From Bacteriovoracaceae bacterium (GTDB taxonomy: Bacteria; Bdellovibrionota; Bacteriovoracia; Bacteriovoracales; Bacteriovoracaceae), in assembly GCA_018649885.1 (NCBI GenBank), contig JABIHA010000076.1, positions 1 through 64,000 of the forward strand: a stretch of 64,000 bases of DNA. The letters are read 5' to 3'. Below the pieces are notes generated by a model. That model was not told the DNA's origin. It did no database searches and saw only the letters and a list, made by a program, of their open reading frames with translations. Made by a program: the position numbers and the translations under genes. The stretch's first letter is position 1; each line of letters opens with the position of its first letter. Shown piece after piece: positions 43,551-53,478 of the stretch.

Positions 43551-46500
43551 CTAACATGGAAAGATTTTTGACGCAATAAGTTTTGAAAAAACCAACAAGT
43601 CTTCTTGGTTAATACTAGACTTGTGAGTATAGGTGACTGAGTAGTCAGGTTTCATTTTATAAACCTTGGGTCTCTCGAGAAAGGTTTCTATAACGCTATT
43701 TTTCAATTCTTTGTTTTTATCTAGCAATGCTTGATCAAACTGTAAGTATACTTTGTTATTTGAAACTTTAACTGACTTAATTCCACTGTTTTTCAAGATT
43801 AACCTGACCTCTAAGACTGTGTACAAGCTTGTAAGCTCTAAAGGAGGAGGTCCGAACAGATCCATAACTTCATCTTTTAAGTTTTCTAATCTCGCAAATT
43901 CACGACAGTTTGATAATTTTTTATAATATTTAAGTCTCTCTGATGGGCTGTCCATATAACTATTAGGTATATATGCCGGCTCTGGAGTTTGGATTTCCAT
44001 ATCAACATGAAAATCTTTGGTTTCACCTCGAATTTCATCAATGGCATCTTTTAAAAGTTCCATGTAGAGCTCAAGGCCAATTTCTTCGATGTGTCCACTT
44101 TGCTCTCCGCCTAAGATATCACCAGCCCCTCTAATTTCAAGGTCACACGAGGCAATATTAAAACCGGATCCCATTTCAGCATATGTTTGCAAGGCCTTTA
44201 ATCTCTTGGTTGCGATATCTGTAAGTTTTTGTGTGTTTGGAATGACAAAGTATGCGTAGGCTTTTCTTTCGGACCTTCCAATTCTTCCTCTTAGTTGATG
44301 AAGTTGGGACAGGCCATATGTGTTGGCCTTATCAATAATCATAGTGTTTGCTGTAGGGATATCGATGCCTGATTCGATAATTGTTGTAGATAGCAGTACA
44401 TTGTATTTCCCAGCATAAAAATCTTTCATTCTTTGTTCGAGTTCTCTTTCTTTTAATTGGCCATGGCCTATAATAATTTTTGCAGCAGGAACAAGTTCTC
44501 TAATATATGCACTGTGCTCTTCAATATCTTGAACTCTATTGTGAACATAAAAAACTTGGCCTCCCCTTGCCAATTCTTTTTCAATTGCGGCTTTAATGGT
44601 TTTATCATCTTTTTTTACAATATAAGTTTTAATTGACTGCCGTTTTGGGGGAGCAGTTTGAATTAGTGAAAGGTCCCTTATTCCTAGGAAGGCAAGTTGC
44701 AAGGTTCTAGGGATGGGAGTCGCCGTGAGAGTTAAAACGTCGACACTTGTCTTTAATAGCTTTAATTTTTCTTTGTGTGCTACACCAAATCGTTGTTCTT
44801 CATCGATAATAACGAGACCCAGCGACTTAAAAGAAATTTTTCCGGACAGTATTTTATGTGTCCCTATAACGATGTCTATTTTTCCATCTTCGAGATCCTT
44901 GATAATTAATTTTGATTCAGTAGGTGTTTTAAAACGAGACAAAAACTCAATATTAATTGGGAATTTTTTAAAATGTTCACAAAATGAATGAAAGTGCTGT
45001 AGGGCAAGTACCGTTGTAGGCACTAGAACGGCCACTTGCTTTTTATCAACAACGGCTTTAAATGCCGCTCTCATTGCAACCTCTGTTTTGCCGAAGCCAA
45101 CATCACCACAAACTAACCGATCCATAGGCACTGGTTTTTGCATGTCCTCTAGAACATCATCAATAGCAGCAGCTTGATCATTTGTTTCAACAAAAGGAAA
45201 AGATAATTCAAAGTCTTTGTACAGGTGACCTGGTTCTGAAAATGAGAAAGCGCTTTTAGATGCTCTTTCAGCCTGTAGTCTAAGTAGATCAAATGCAAGG
45301 GTCTTGACTGCTTTTTTGGCACGGGCCTTAGCCGTTTCAAATTTCTTGGAGCCAAGGTTCGCAACTCTAACTTGTGCACCACCATCGGCATGTTTTTGAA
45401 TTTGATTCAGTTTATAAACAGGAACGTAGACCTTGTCCCGATTTTGATATTCTATGACAAGAAAATCAGAGGTCTTTCCTCCTGCAGTGATGGATTCGAG
45501 ACCCAAGTATTTTCCGATACCAAATTGCCCATGAATAACAAAGTCGCCATCTTTTAATGTAGAGATTTGTTCAGCAAATAGATCGATGGACTTTTTTGTA
45601 GGTTTTTTAGTTTTACTTTTTTTAGAAGAAAAAAGATCCGAATCTGAAATGACGATTGTTTTTTCAGAATCGTAATAAAACCCTTGGTCTAGTGGGAATT
45701 GTATAAATTTAATTCTTGAGGCGAGTTGTCTTGTCCCAGCATCGGTTTCAAGAAGATAAATAAATTCTTTTTTGGCACTATCATTTCGATATGTGAAGAG
45801 AATGAGGCCTGAACGCGTGAAGTTTTCTTTAAGATATTCAATTGTTTGAGCGATATTTTTTTTGAAAGTAGTAGGAAGGGCGCCTGATTTTTTAACAAGA
45901 TAGTTGTGTGCTAAATTTAGATGCAAGTTATTAGACAGCGTTTCATTAAGATTGGTTTCTATATTGATAACATTGTAATTAATTTTGCTAAACTCACCCA
46001 ACTTTGACTCTATCTCTGTGTCAAGAATTTCACCGGGCCCAGGCAGTATATTTTCGTCCTCAGAATCTTTAAAAACTTCATCAAATTCCACTTTTAATTC
46101 TTCAAGGAACTCTAAATGTGTATGGAAATTATTTTGAGATTCAAAATGATGAATAATAATTTCTTCTTTTTCAACAACATCTAATAAAGTAAAAGATTCT
46201 TCGAAAAAAAATGGTGTGTAGACGGGATAATTATCAAAAAGATTACCATTAGATAAATTTGTGAAAATCGAGCGTCTTAACTCATATTTACTTTTGAACC
46301 TGGTTTCAGGCATTGGAATATTTGATCTTAAATTGCTTGCAAAATTTTCTTTGGAAAAAATTCGTGGAGTTGGACCAATTTTAACTGATTTTAAATTTTG
46401 ATCTCGAATTGTTCGGTTTGTTGTAATATCGATAGGAAATATTTCTTCAATCATGTCGTCAAAATAGTGCAGCCTCACGGCTGAACAGTTGACGGGATAA

Positions 46501-47057
46501 ATATCAAAAATTTCACCTTTTCTAGAAAATGTACCTGGCTCTTCAACCGTTACATTATGTTGAAATCCAATATCGACTAATTTTCTAGCAAGATCCTCAG
46601 GGGAGATTATGTCGCTTAGTTCTATTGTTAACTGATTGTTTTCAAAAAACGACAGGGCCGGCATCTTAAGACTTATAGCGTCCAGAGTCGTTAGGATGAA
46701 ATTTCCGCCTTCGCTGCTTTTTTTGAAGTGGAGGTAATTATATAGACAGTAAAATCTTCTGAATAAGTTATTTTCTGAATGCAGGGCCTTTGAGTAGGGA
46801 GATATTTCAAGGCCAGGATAAATGGAAATATTGAAGTGGGCGCAGTGACTCAATTTTTCAGAAAGGATCTCACAATCTTCTATAGAGGGTAAGATCACCA
46901 CTTGGGTTTTCGCCAGAAATTGCTTTTCACCGCCTTCGGAAAATAGCTTGAAAAGTAGTGCCCAAGTATCAAAGTCAAGGCCAGTAACGTTCAGCTCGCT
47001 ATTGCCTTCGGAAGAGAGCTCTTTAAATTTATTTAAAATAGAACTAAAAACAGACAT
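43551..47057 (-). CDS. mfd: transcription-repair coupling factor
   Basis: CarD-like RID domain, DRLVCGDVGFGKTE, DEEQRFG, TATPIPRT, QLRGRIGR, DLEIRGAG. Confidence 0.98.
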   Translation of the reverse strand: MSVFSSILNKFKELSSEGNSELNVTGLDFDTWALLFKLFSEGGEKQFLAKTQVVILPSIEDCEILSEKLSHCAHFNISIYPGLEISPYSKALHSENNLFRRFYCLYNYLHFKKSSEGGNFILTTLDAISLKMPALSFFENNQLTIELSDIISPEDLARKLVDIGFQHNVTVEEPGTFSRKGEIFDIYPVNCSAVRLHYFDDMIEEIFPIDITTNRTIRDQNLKSVKIGPTPRIFSKENFASNLRSNIPMPETRFKSKYELRRSIFTNLSNGNLFDNYPVYTPFFFEESFTLLDVVEKEEIIIHHFESQNNFHTHLEFLEELKVEFDEVFKDSEDENILPGPGEILDTEIESKLGEFSKINYNVINIETNLNETLSNNLHLNLAHNYLVKKSGALPTTFKKNIAQTIEYLKENFTRSGLILFTYRNDSAKKEFIYLLETDAGTRQLASRIKFIQFPLDQGFYYDSEKTIVISDSDLFSSKKSKTKKPTKKSIDLFAEQISTLKDGDFVIHGQFGIGKYLGLESITAGGKTSDFLVIEYQNRDKVYVPVYKLNQIQKHADGGAQVRVANLGSKKFETAKARAKKAVKTLAFDLLRLQAERASKSAFSFSEPGHLYKDFELSFPFVETNDQAAAIDDVLEDMQKPVPMDRLVCGDVGFGKTEVAMRAAFKAVVDKKQVAVLVPTTVLALQHFHSFCEHFKKFPINIEFLSRFKTPTESKLIIKDLEDGKIDIVIGTHKILSGKISFKSLGLVIIDEEQRFGVAHKEKLKLLKTSVDVLTLTATPIPRTLQLAFLGIRDLSLIQTAPPKRQSIKTYIVKKDDKTIKAAIEKELARGGQVFYVHNRVQDIEEHSAYIRELVPAAKIIIGHGQLKERELEQRMKDFYAGKYNVLLSTTIIESGIDIPTANTMIIDKANTYGLSQLHQLRGRIGRSERKAYAYFVIPNTQKLTDIATKRLKALQTYAEMGSGFNIASCDLEIRGAGDILGGEQSGHIEEIGLELYMELLKDAIDEIRGETKDFHVDMEIQTPEPAYIPNSYMDSPSERLKYYKKLSNCREFARLENLKDEVMDLFGPPPLELTSLYTVLEVRLILKNSGIKSVKVSNNKVYLQFDQALLDKNKELKNSVIETFLERPKVYKMKPDYSVTYTHKSSINQEDLLVFSKLIASKIFPC

Positions 47058-47254
47058 AGCTTATGACCTTAGCTGCTTTGCGATTGGATTCAAAATATTG
47101 ATCCTACTCATTGACAGAACTTGGTTTGTTTAATTGCTTGAGTCTTTTACACCCTTCTTTTTTATTTTCATTACTTAATACCTTGTGTAATATATCTTGG
47201 ACAGCATAGAAATACCTATCCCGTTTAAATAACAAGCCTTTTAAGGGTGGAGTG

Positions 47255-47665
47255 ATGGCTAATAATAGTATCAATGTATTGATTCCAATCGCAGTTTGTC
47301 TTGGTTTTGCAGTTATTATTTACCTGGTGGTCATGTTGGCGTCAAAGATATTGAGGCCACATGAACCTAATGAATTAAAAAATTCTGCTTATGAGTGTGG
47401 TGAGCAACCAATTGGAACAGCTTGGTCCATGTTCAATGTAAGGTTTTACGTTGTAGGTCTCATTTTTATAATCTTTGATGTTGAGTCAGTTTTAATGTTT
47501 CCCGTTGTTTCTGTGTTTAAGAAATTAAATGCCATGGGAATGGGTGGAGTCGTTTTAATCGAGATTCTTTTATTTATAGGAATCTTGGTTGCAGGCATTG
47601 CTTATTGCTGGAGCAAGGGCGACTTAGATTGGGTAAAGAGTTATCAGCCAGCTAAAAAAAAATAG
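47255..47665 (+). CDS. nuoA: NADH-quinone oxidoreductase subunit A
   Basis: AYECG, FIIFDVE, KGDLDW. Confidence 0.97.
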   Translation: MANNSINVLIPIAVCLGFAVIIYLVVMLASKILRPHEPNELKNSAYECGEQPIGTAWSMFNVRFYVVGLIFIIFDVESVLMFPVVSVFKKLNAMGMGGVVLIEILLFIGILVAGIAYCWSKGDLDWVKSYQPAKKK

Positions 47666-47691
47666 AATTTGAATTTTGACCAGGATGAGGA

Positions 47692-48846
47692 ATGAATTCC
47701 ACAGTTGCTAATTATTTTTCTGAATTTGAAAGTTACCAAAAAATGGTGGATTGGTTATCTGGAATTGCAGGTTTTGATACTGCCACGCTTGTAATGGTCG
47801 TTGTTATCTCATTGATGGCTTTTATTGTTATTAATGCAATGATGCTTGTCGGGGGTCTTGGAACATATGCTGAAAGAAAAATTTCAGCCGATTTACAAGC
47901 AAGGATCGGACCAAACCGAGTTGGACCATATGGAATTCTACAGTTTTTAGCAGATGGCCTTAAGATGACGATGAAAGAAGATGTCACCCCTGCTAAGGCT
48001 GACAAAGTTCTTTTTAATCTCGCTCCTTTTTTGAGTTTATTTGGAATCTTTGGAACGTTAGCTGTTTTGCCAATAAGTAGCGGGCTTGCCTTGTCTCACT
48101 TGAATGTAGGCGTCTTTTTCTTAATTGCCATTTCCTCAATCGTTGGAATCGGGATTTTTCTCGGTGGTTATGCCTCTAATTCAAAATGGTCTATGTTGGG
48201 TGGAATGAGAGGGGCTTCTCAGATCGTAAGTTATGAAATACCAGTAACTCTTTCAGTTTTATCTATTGTTTTGCTCGCGGGATCTTTAAATTTTAAGGTA
48301 ATCGTTGGTGGCCAAACAGGTATGCCTACTGGCTGGTTTATATTCCATAATCCTTTTTCTTTTATGGCATTTTTTGTTTATTCAATTGCAGCCCTAGCTG
48401 AAGCTAACAGGGCTCCCTTTGATTTGCCAGAAGCCGAATCAGAATTGGTATCTGGTTACCATACTGAGTATACCGGAATGAAGTTCGGTATTTTTGCACT
48501 AGCTGAATATATAGAGGTCTTTGTCCTTGCTAGTGTTGCAGCGGCAATGTTCCTTGGTGGATACAATGTTCCTTTTCATTTAGGTGGAGACGGGATCATA
48601 GGCCAGGTCCTACAGCTTGGTGCATTTGTTACTAAGTCATTATTAATTTACTACGTAGTTATCTGGATAAGATGGACTTTTCCTCGGCTTAGGGCAGATC
48701 AGTTAATGGTAGTTTGCTGGAAGTACCTAACTCCTATTGCCATTTTTAATCTTGTTGGAAGTGCCGTGTGGCTATATGCCTTTAAAGGCCAGTCTATTTT
48801 ACAATTAGTGTTGCACTCAGGCGGATCATCTGCGGGTGGTCACTAA
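47692..48846 (+). CDS. nuoH: NADH-quinone oxidoreductase subunit H
   Basis: ERK..Q.RIGPNRVG, ADGLK, SYE, EANRAPFDLPEAESELVSG. Confidence 0.98.
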   Translation: MNSTVANYFSEFESYQKMVDWLSGIAGFDTATLVMVVVISLMAFIVINAMMLVGGLGTYAERKISADLQARIGPNRVGPYGILQFLADGLKMTMKEDVTPAKADKVLFNLAPFLSLFGIFGTLAVLPISSGLALSHLNVGVFFLIAISSIVGIGIFLGGYASNSKWSMLGGMRGASQIVSYEIPVTLSVLSIVLLAGSLNFKVIVGGQTGMPTGWFIFHNPFSFMAFFVYSIAALAEANRAPFDLPEAESELVSGYHTEYTGMKFGIFALAEYIEVFVLASVAAAMFLGGYNVPFHLGGDGIIGQVLQLGAFVTKSLLIYYVVIWIRWTFPRLRADQLMVVCWKYLTPIAIFNLVGSAVWLYAFKGQSILQLVLHSGGSSAGGH

Positions 48847-48866
48847 AGTGATGAGGGGTTAAGTAA

Positions 48867-49400
48867 ATGTTTCATAAAGTTTTGATAATTCTCTCTTCAG
48901 CGCTCACTGTTGCATCGGCAATTGGGGTTCTTGTAACAAAAGATATTGTGAGAGCATGTATATTTTTATTTTTTAGTTTGTTTGGTGTTGCCGGGATCTA
49001 CGCTTCACTTGGTGCAGACTTTGTCGCTGTTACTCAAATAATGGTTTATGTTGGTGGCGTTGTTATCTTGATGCTTTTTGCAGTGATGCTTACGGGTGGC
49101 CCCGGAAAAGAAAGTGCTGGTAGCAAGGGCTATTTGTTGATTCCAATGATGGGAAACAAAATCACCTTTGGTTTTGGAATCTTTTCGGGATTAGTTTTGC
49201 TTCTAACAATGGCAAAAATTACAAAGAGTGTAATTGCATCGGTAACGATATCTGAAGTAGAGGGCTTTGCTTCAACAGTAGAAAGAATTGGAAGCTTGCT
49301 AGTAAGCGAGCATGTATTAGCTTTTGAAATTTCGTCTATATTATTATTGGGAGCTCTCGTAGGAGCAGCGATGATAGCAAGACCTAGAAAGAATGTTTAG
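48867..49400 (+). CDS. nuoJ: NADH-quinone oxidoreductase subunit J
   Basis: QIMVYVGGVVILMLFAVML, FEISSILLL. Confidence 0.96.
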   Translation: MFHKVLIILSSALTVASAIGVLVTKDIVRACIFLFFSLFGVAGIYASLGADFVAVTQIMVYVGGVVILMLFAVMLTGGPGKESAGSKGYLLIPMMGNKITFGFGIFSGLVLLLTMAKITKSVIASVTISEVEGFASTVERIGSLLVSEHVLAFEISSILLLGALVGAAMIARPRKNV

Positions 49401-49413
49401 GTAAGAGGGTAAG

Positions 49414-49719
49414 ATGTTTGGACTGGCCTGGTATTTAGGAATTGGATTTGTTTTATTTTGCACTGGAATAACAGTGATGATTGCAAGGAAGAGTATCGTT
49501 GCAATACTAATCGGAATTGAGTTAATTCTAAATGGAGCGGCCATAAACTTTGTGGCTTACTCTAAATTTGTTACTCAAGATCTTGATGGTCACATTTTTC
49601 CACTCTTTATAATAATCGTGGCAGCAGCTGAGGCAGCTGTCGGTCTTGCAATTGTAATTAGATTTTATCAAATTCGAGAAACGATTCATATTGATGAAGC
49701 AACTCAATTACAAAGTTAG
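49414..49719 (+). CDS. nuoK: NADH-quinone oxidoreductase subunit K
   Basis: IELILN and VAAAEAAVGLA with both conserved Glu residues. Confidence 0.97.
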   Translation: MFGLAWYLGIGFVLFCTGITVMIARKSIVAILIGIELILNGAAINFVAYSKFVTQDLDGHIFPLFIIIVAAAEAAVGLAIVIRFYQIRETIHIDEATQLQS

Positions 49720-49737
49720 GGTGAGGTAGAAAATATT

Positions 49738-51921
49738 ATGGATTATACAATTGGTACTGTCGCCCCTATTCTCTTGTTTCCTTTAGCAGCATTTGTAATT
49801 AATGCATTTATTGGAAGAAAATTGCCCAGACAGGGTGATTGGGTTTCAATTATAGGAATACTTCTTTCTTTTGGTTGGTCTGCAAGAATTTTTAACGATT
49901 TTGTCTTTGGTCACTATTCTTCTGATTATTATGTTCACAAAGTTTTTACATGGATTGATTTATCTTATGGTGATTTTCCGTTTCAAATAGATCTTGGAAT
50001 TTATATCGATAATATGACTGCCATGATGCTCTTGATGGTAAGTGGCGTTGCTGCTTTAATTCATATCTTTTCATCTTTTTACATGAAAGGTGATCCTCGC
50101 TACGGCAGATTTTTTACATATTTGTCTCTGTTTACAACGGGGATGCTTGGCCTCGTATTATCTGAAAATTTACTTTCAGTTTTTATCTTTTGGGAATTGA
50201 TGGGATTTTGTTCATACTCCCTTATTGGTTTTTACTATGAAAAAGAGGAGGCGGGTAACGCTTCCATGAAAGCATTTATGACCACTAGGGTAGGGGACGT
50301 CTGTTTCTTGCTCGCGATTCTTGGAATTTGGTCAGTAGTTGGAAGTGTTAGCTTTGTCGATATATACAACCACTTAGCATCTGGAGCCTTTGAAGGACAA
50401 GTTGCGATACTGGGAATACCACTAGCAAGCTTTTGTGCTTTTATGATTTTTGCAGGAACAATTGGAAAGTCCGCACAATTTCCACTTCAGGTTTGGCTAC
50501 CCGATGCCATGATGGGCCCTACACCATGTTCGGCACTAATTCATGCAGCTACAATGGTTGCAGCCGGAGTTTATCTTTCACTAAGAATGTATCCACTAAT
50601 GGAGGCGGGTCATTTGACGACCTTCATCGCCTATATTGGTGCCATAACTGCCTTTGGCGCAGCAACGATTGCTCTGATACAAACAGATATAAAAGCAGTG
50701 CTGGCCTATTCAACAATTTCTCAGCTTGGTTATATGGTTTTGGGGATTGGGGTTGGCTCATACAATGCAGCCTTTATGCATTTGATCACACATGCTGTTT
50801 TTAAAGCATGTCTGTTTTTATCGGCTGGATCAGTTATTCACTCACTACACGATCACCATACTCATGGTCATGTTCAAGAAATGCCTCGAATGGGCGGACT
50901 TAGAAAGAAAATGCCATATACTTTTCTTGCAATGGCCTGCTGTACGCTAGCGATTTCTGGCGTGCCATTTTTCTCAGGATTTGTCTCAAAGGATAGAATT
51001 TTAGGAGATGCACTTTATTGGGGGATCACAGGACACCATGCCCATTGGTATCAAGCCATTCCACCCATATTAGGATTTGCAGCTGCATTCTTAACAGCTT
51101 TTTATATGTGCAGAATGATGTTCTTAACATTTTTTGGAGAGCCAAGAGATAAAGAGCTTTATGAGCACTGTCATAAAGAGAAACTGTCATTAAATAGAAA
51201 TATACCTCTACTCTTACTTGCTGTTTTTACACTTGGGGTTTGGTACTCGGGTTCTCTCACTGGCCAAGGCAAAGTTAAAGTCGCAGGTGATAGATATGAA
51301 TGGTTTTCAACTCTAATTGAAAAGCCTAATACTTCTAATTTTAGAGAGTACACAAAAGAGCCCTTTGGACTAAAAGACACTAGGGGAACTGTTCACTTTG
51401 AAAAATCTCACTATGATCCATCACACGGACTTAGTGAAGAAGAGGCTCATCATGTGCATACTGCTCACAATATTGGTGCTGGGCTATCTATCTTGGTTGC
51501 ATTCCTTGGAATATTCATAGCCTTTCTAATGTATATAAGAAAATCAATGGATCCGGGATTTTGGGTTCGAACATTCCATCGTTGGAATAAGGCACTAAAG
51601 GAAAAATATTATTTCGATCATCTTTATATTGATGTATTGATACAAAAAGTATTATTGACTGTGAACCGTTTGCTCGCAGCATTTGATATGGGTGTTTACG
51701 ACCGCTTTGCCATTGATGGTATGGCTTCCGTAAACAGGTGGCTGTATAAGGCGGCAAACTTTTTTGATAATTTTATTGTCGATAATTCAGTAGATCTTAC
51801 TGGTGTGTCCGTGAAGTTTTTAAATGTAGCTTCAAGAACGGTTCAGTCAGGAAAGGTTCAGTTCTATTTTATGGTACTGATACTTGCTGTAAGTTTTTAT
51901 ATATTAAAAATTAGCTTTTAA
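49738..51921 (+). CDS. nuoL: NADH-quinone oxidoreductase subunit L
   Basis: FWE, KAF..RVGD, GKSAQFP, WLPDAM, HAATMV, HAVFKA, SKD. Confidence 0.98.
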   Translation: MDYTIGTVAPILLFPLAAFVINAFIGRKLPRQGDWVSIIGILLSFGWSARIFNDFVFGHYSSDYYVHKVFTWIDLSYGDFPFQIDLGIYIDNMTAMMLLMVSGVAALIHIFSSFYMKGDPRYGRFFTYLSLFTTGMLGLVLSENLLSVFIFWELMGFCSYSLIGFYYEKEEAGNASMKAFMTTRVGDVCFLLAILGIWSVVGSVSFVDIYNHLASGAFEGQVAILGIPLASFCAFMIFAGTIGKSAQFPLQVWLPDAMMGPTPCSALIHAATMVAAGVYLSLRMYPLMEAGHLTTFIAYIGAITAFGAATIALIQTDIKAVLAYSTISQLGYMVLGIGVGSYNAAFMHLITHAVFKACLFLSAGSVIHSLHDHHTHGHVQEMPRMGGLRKKMPYTFLAMACCTLAISGVPFFSGFVSKDRILGDALYWGITGHHAHWYQAIPPILGFAAAFLTAFYMCRMMFLTFFGEPRDKELYEHCHKEKLSLNRNIPLLLLAVFTLGVWYSGSLTGQGKVKVAGDRYEWFSTLIEKPNTSNFREYTKEPFGLKDTRGTVHFEKSHYDPSHGLSEEEAHHVHTAHNIGAGLSILVAFLGIFIAFLMYIRKSMDPGFWVRTFHRWNKALKEKYYFDHLYIDVLIQKVLLTVNRLLAAFDMGVYDRFAIDGMASVNRWLYKAANFFDNFIVDNSVDLTGVSVKFLNVASRTVQSGKVQFYFMVLILAVSFYILKISF

Positions 51922-51942
51922 TTAAATGATAAGGAGTTGGTC

Positions 51943-53460
51943 TTGGAGAATTTATTAAGCTGTATTTTGTGGCTTCCTGTAGTTGGAATCGTAGCCGTAC
52001 TATGCACGCCAAAAGGAAAGGACAACGCTGTAAGGTGGATATCACTTGCAGTGACAACCATTACTTTTGTATTGACTCTCGTTTTATACTGTAATTTTGA
52101 TACCAGCATGTCTGAGATGCAATTTGCCATAAAAGTCCCTTGGATTAAGGCCTTTCACATCTTTTATAGTCTGGGTGTAGATGGAATATCTCTTCCAATG
52201 ATTATATTAACGAGCCTCTTATTTGCTATTTGTATAATGAGCTCATGGACAATTACCAAATCAGTGAAGGGTTACTTTGCACTTCTTTTAATGCTTGAGT
52301 CATCTGTTTTTGGTGTATTCATGTCACTGGATTTTTTCCTCTTTTATGTATATTGGGAAATTATGCTTCTGCCTATGTTCTTTCTTATCGCTGTATGGGG
52401 TGGAGAGAATAGGGAATATGCTGCGATTAAGTTCTTTCTCTATACTTTTTTTGGATCAATTTTAATGCTTGTTGGTATGGTTGCTCTTTATTATGTAACA
52501 GGTCAGTCTAGCTCTTCATTTGATATTTTGGCCCTGCAGGGAGGAAATTTTACAAACGAGATGGTTAGTATTTTTGGATATGACTTTCACTTTAATAAAT
52601 TATTCTTTTGGTTCATGTTTATTGGCTTTGCTATCAAGGTGCCAGTGTTCCCTTTTCACACTTGGCTTCCGCACGCACACGTCCAGGCGCCAACTGCTGT
52701 TTCAGTCATCCTGGCAGGGGTGCTGTTAAAAATGGGAACCTATGGATTTTTAAGAATCAGCTTTCCCATTTTCCCTGAGGCCAGTGTTCATTACTCAACT
52801 GCAATCGCAGTACTCGGAGTGGTGAATGTTATCTATGGTGCGATGTGCGCGATGGCCCAGACAGATGTTAAAAAACTTATTGCATATTCATCGGTGTCCC
52901 ACATGGGTTTTGTTATGTTGGGGCTTGCGGCCATGACTGTTCAAGGTATGAACGGAGCAGTTCTTCAGATGTTTAACCACGGAACATCTACTGCAATGAT
53001 GTTCCTACTAGTAGGGATTTTATATGAAAGATCTCACCACAGGTGGATTATCAGACCAGATGGAACAAAAGGTTTTGGCGGTTTATTCACTCAATTACCT
53101 AATTATTCAATAATCTTTATTATTGGTATGTTTGCCTCTCTTGGTCTTCCTGGATTGTCTGGATTTATCTCAGAAGCCTTAATCTTTTTAGGTATCTACG
53201 AAAGATTTACAACAATTACAGTTATAGCCGTATTTGGACTTTTGCTTGGAGCCGCATATTTACTGTGGATGTTCAAAAGAATGTTCTTTGGTGAAGTGAT
53301 TGAAGAGTGTAAGAGCTACACTGATGTGAACGCACGAGAAATATTTTATATGCTGCCTCTTTGTATTGCAGTTGTTGTATTTGGTGTTTACCCAACCCCG
53401 ATATTGGATATTATGAGAGCTTCGGTTGGTGAGCTGGTTACACTACTTTCTAGATTTTAA
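51943..53460 (+). CDS. nuoM: NADH-quinone oxidoreductase subunit M
   Basis: LGVDGIS, YWE, KVPVFPFHTWLP, LLKMG, GLPGLSGFISE; the TTG at 51943 fits SD AGGAG. Confidence 0.98.
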   Translation: MENLLSCILWLPVVGIVAVLCTPKGKDNAVRWISLAVTTITFVLTLVLYCNFDTSMSEMQFAIKVPWIKAFHIFYSLGVDGISLPMIILTSLLFAICIMSSWTITKSVKGYFALLLMLESSVFGVFMSLDFFLFYVYWEIMLLPMFFLIAVWGGENREYAAIKFFLYTFFGSILMLVGMVALYYVTGQSSSSFDILALQGGNFTNEMVSIFGYDFHFNKLFFWFMFIGFAIKVPVFPFHTWLPHAHVQAPTAVSVILAGVLLKMGTYGFLRISFPIFPEASVHYSTAIAVLGVVNVIYGAMCAMAQTDVKKLIAYSSVSHMGFVMLGLAAMTVQGMNGAVLQMFNHGTSTAMMFLLVGILYERSHHRWIIRPDGTKGFGGLFTQLPNYSIIFIIGMFASLGLPGLSGFISEALIFLGIYERFTTITVIAVFGLLLGAAYLLWMFKRMFFGEVIEECKSYTDVNAREIFYMLPLCIAVVVFGVYPTPILDIMRASVGELVTLLSRF

Positions 53461-53478
53461 TAAACGAAGGAAATACCT

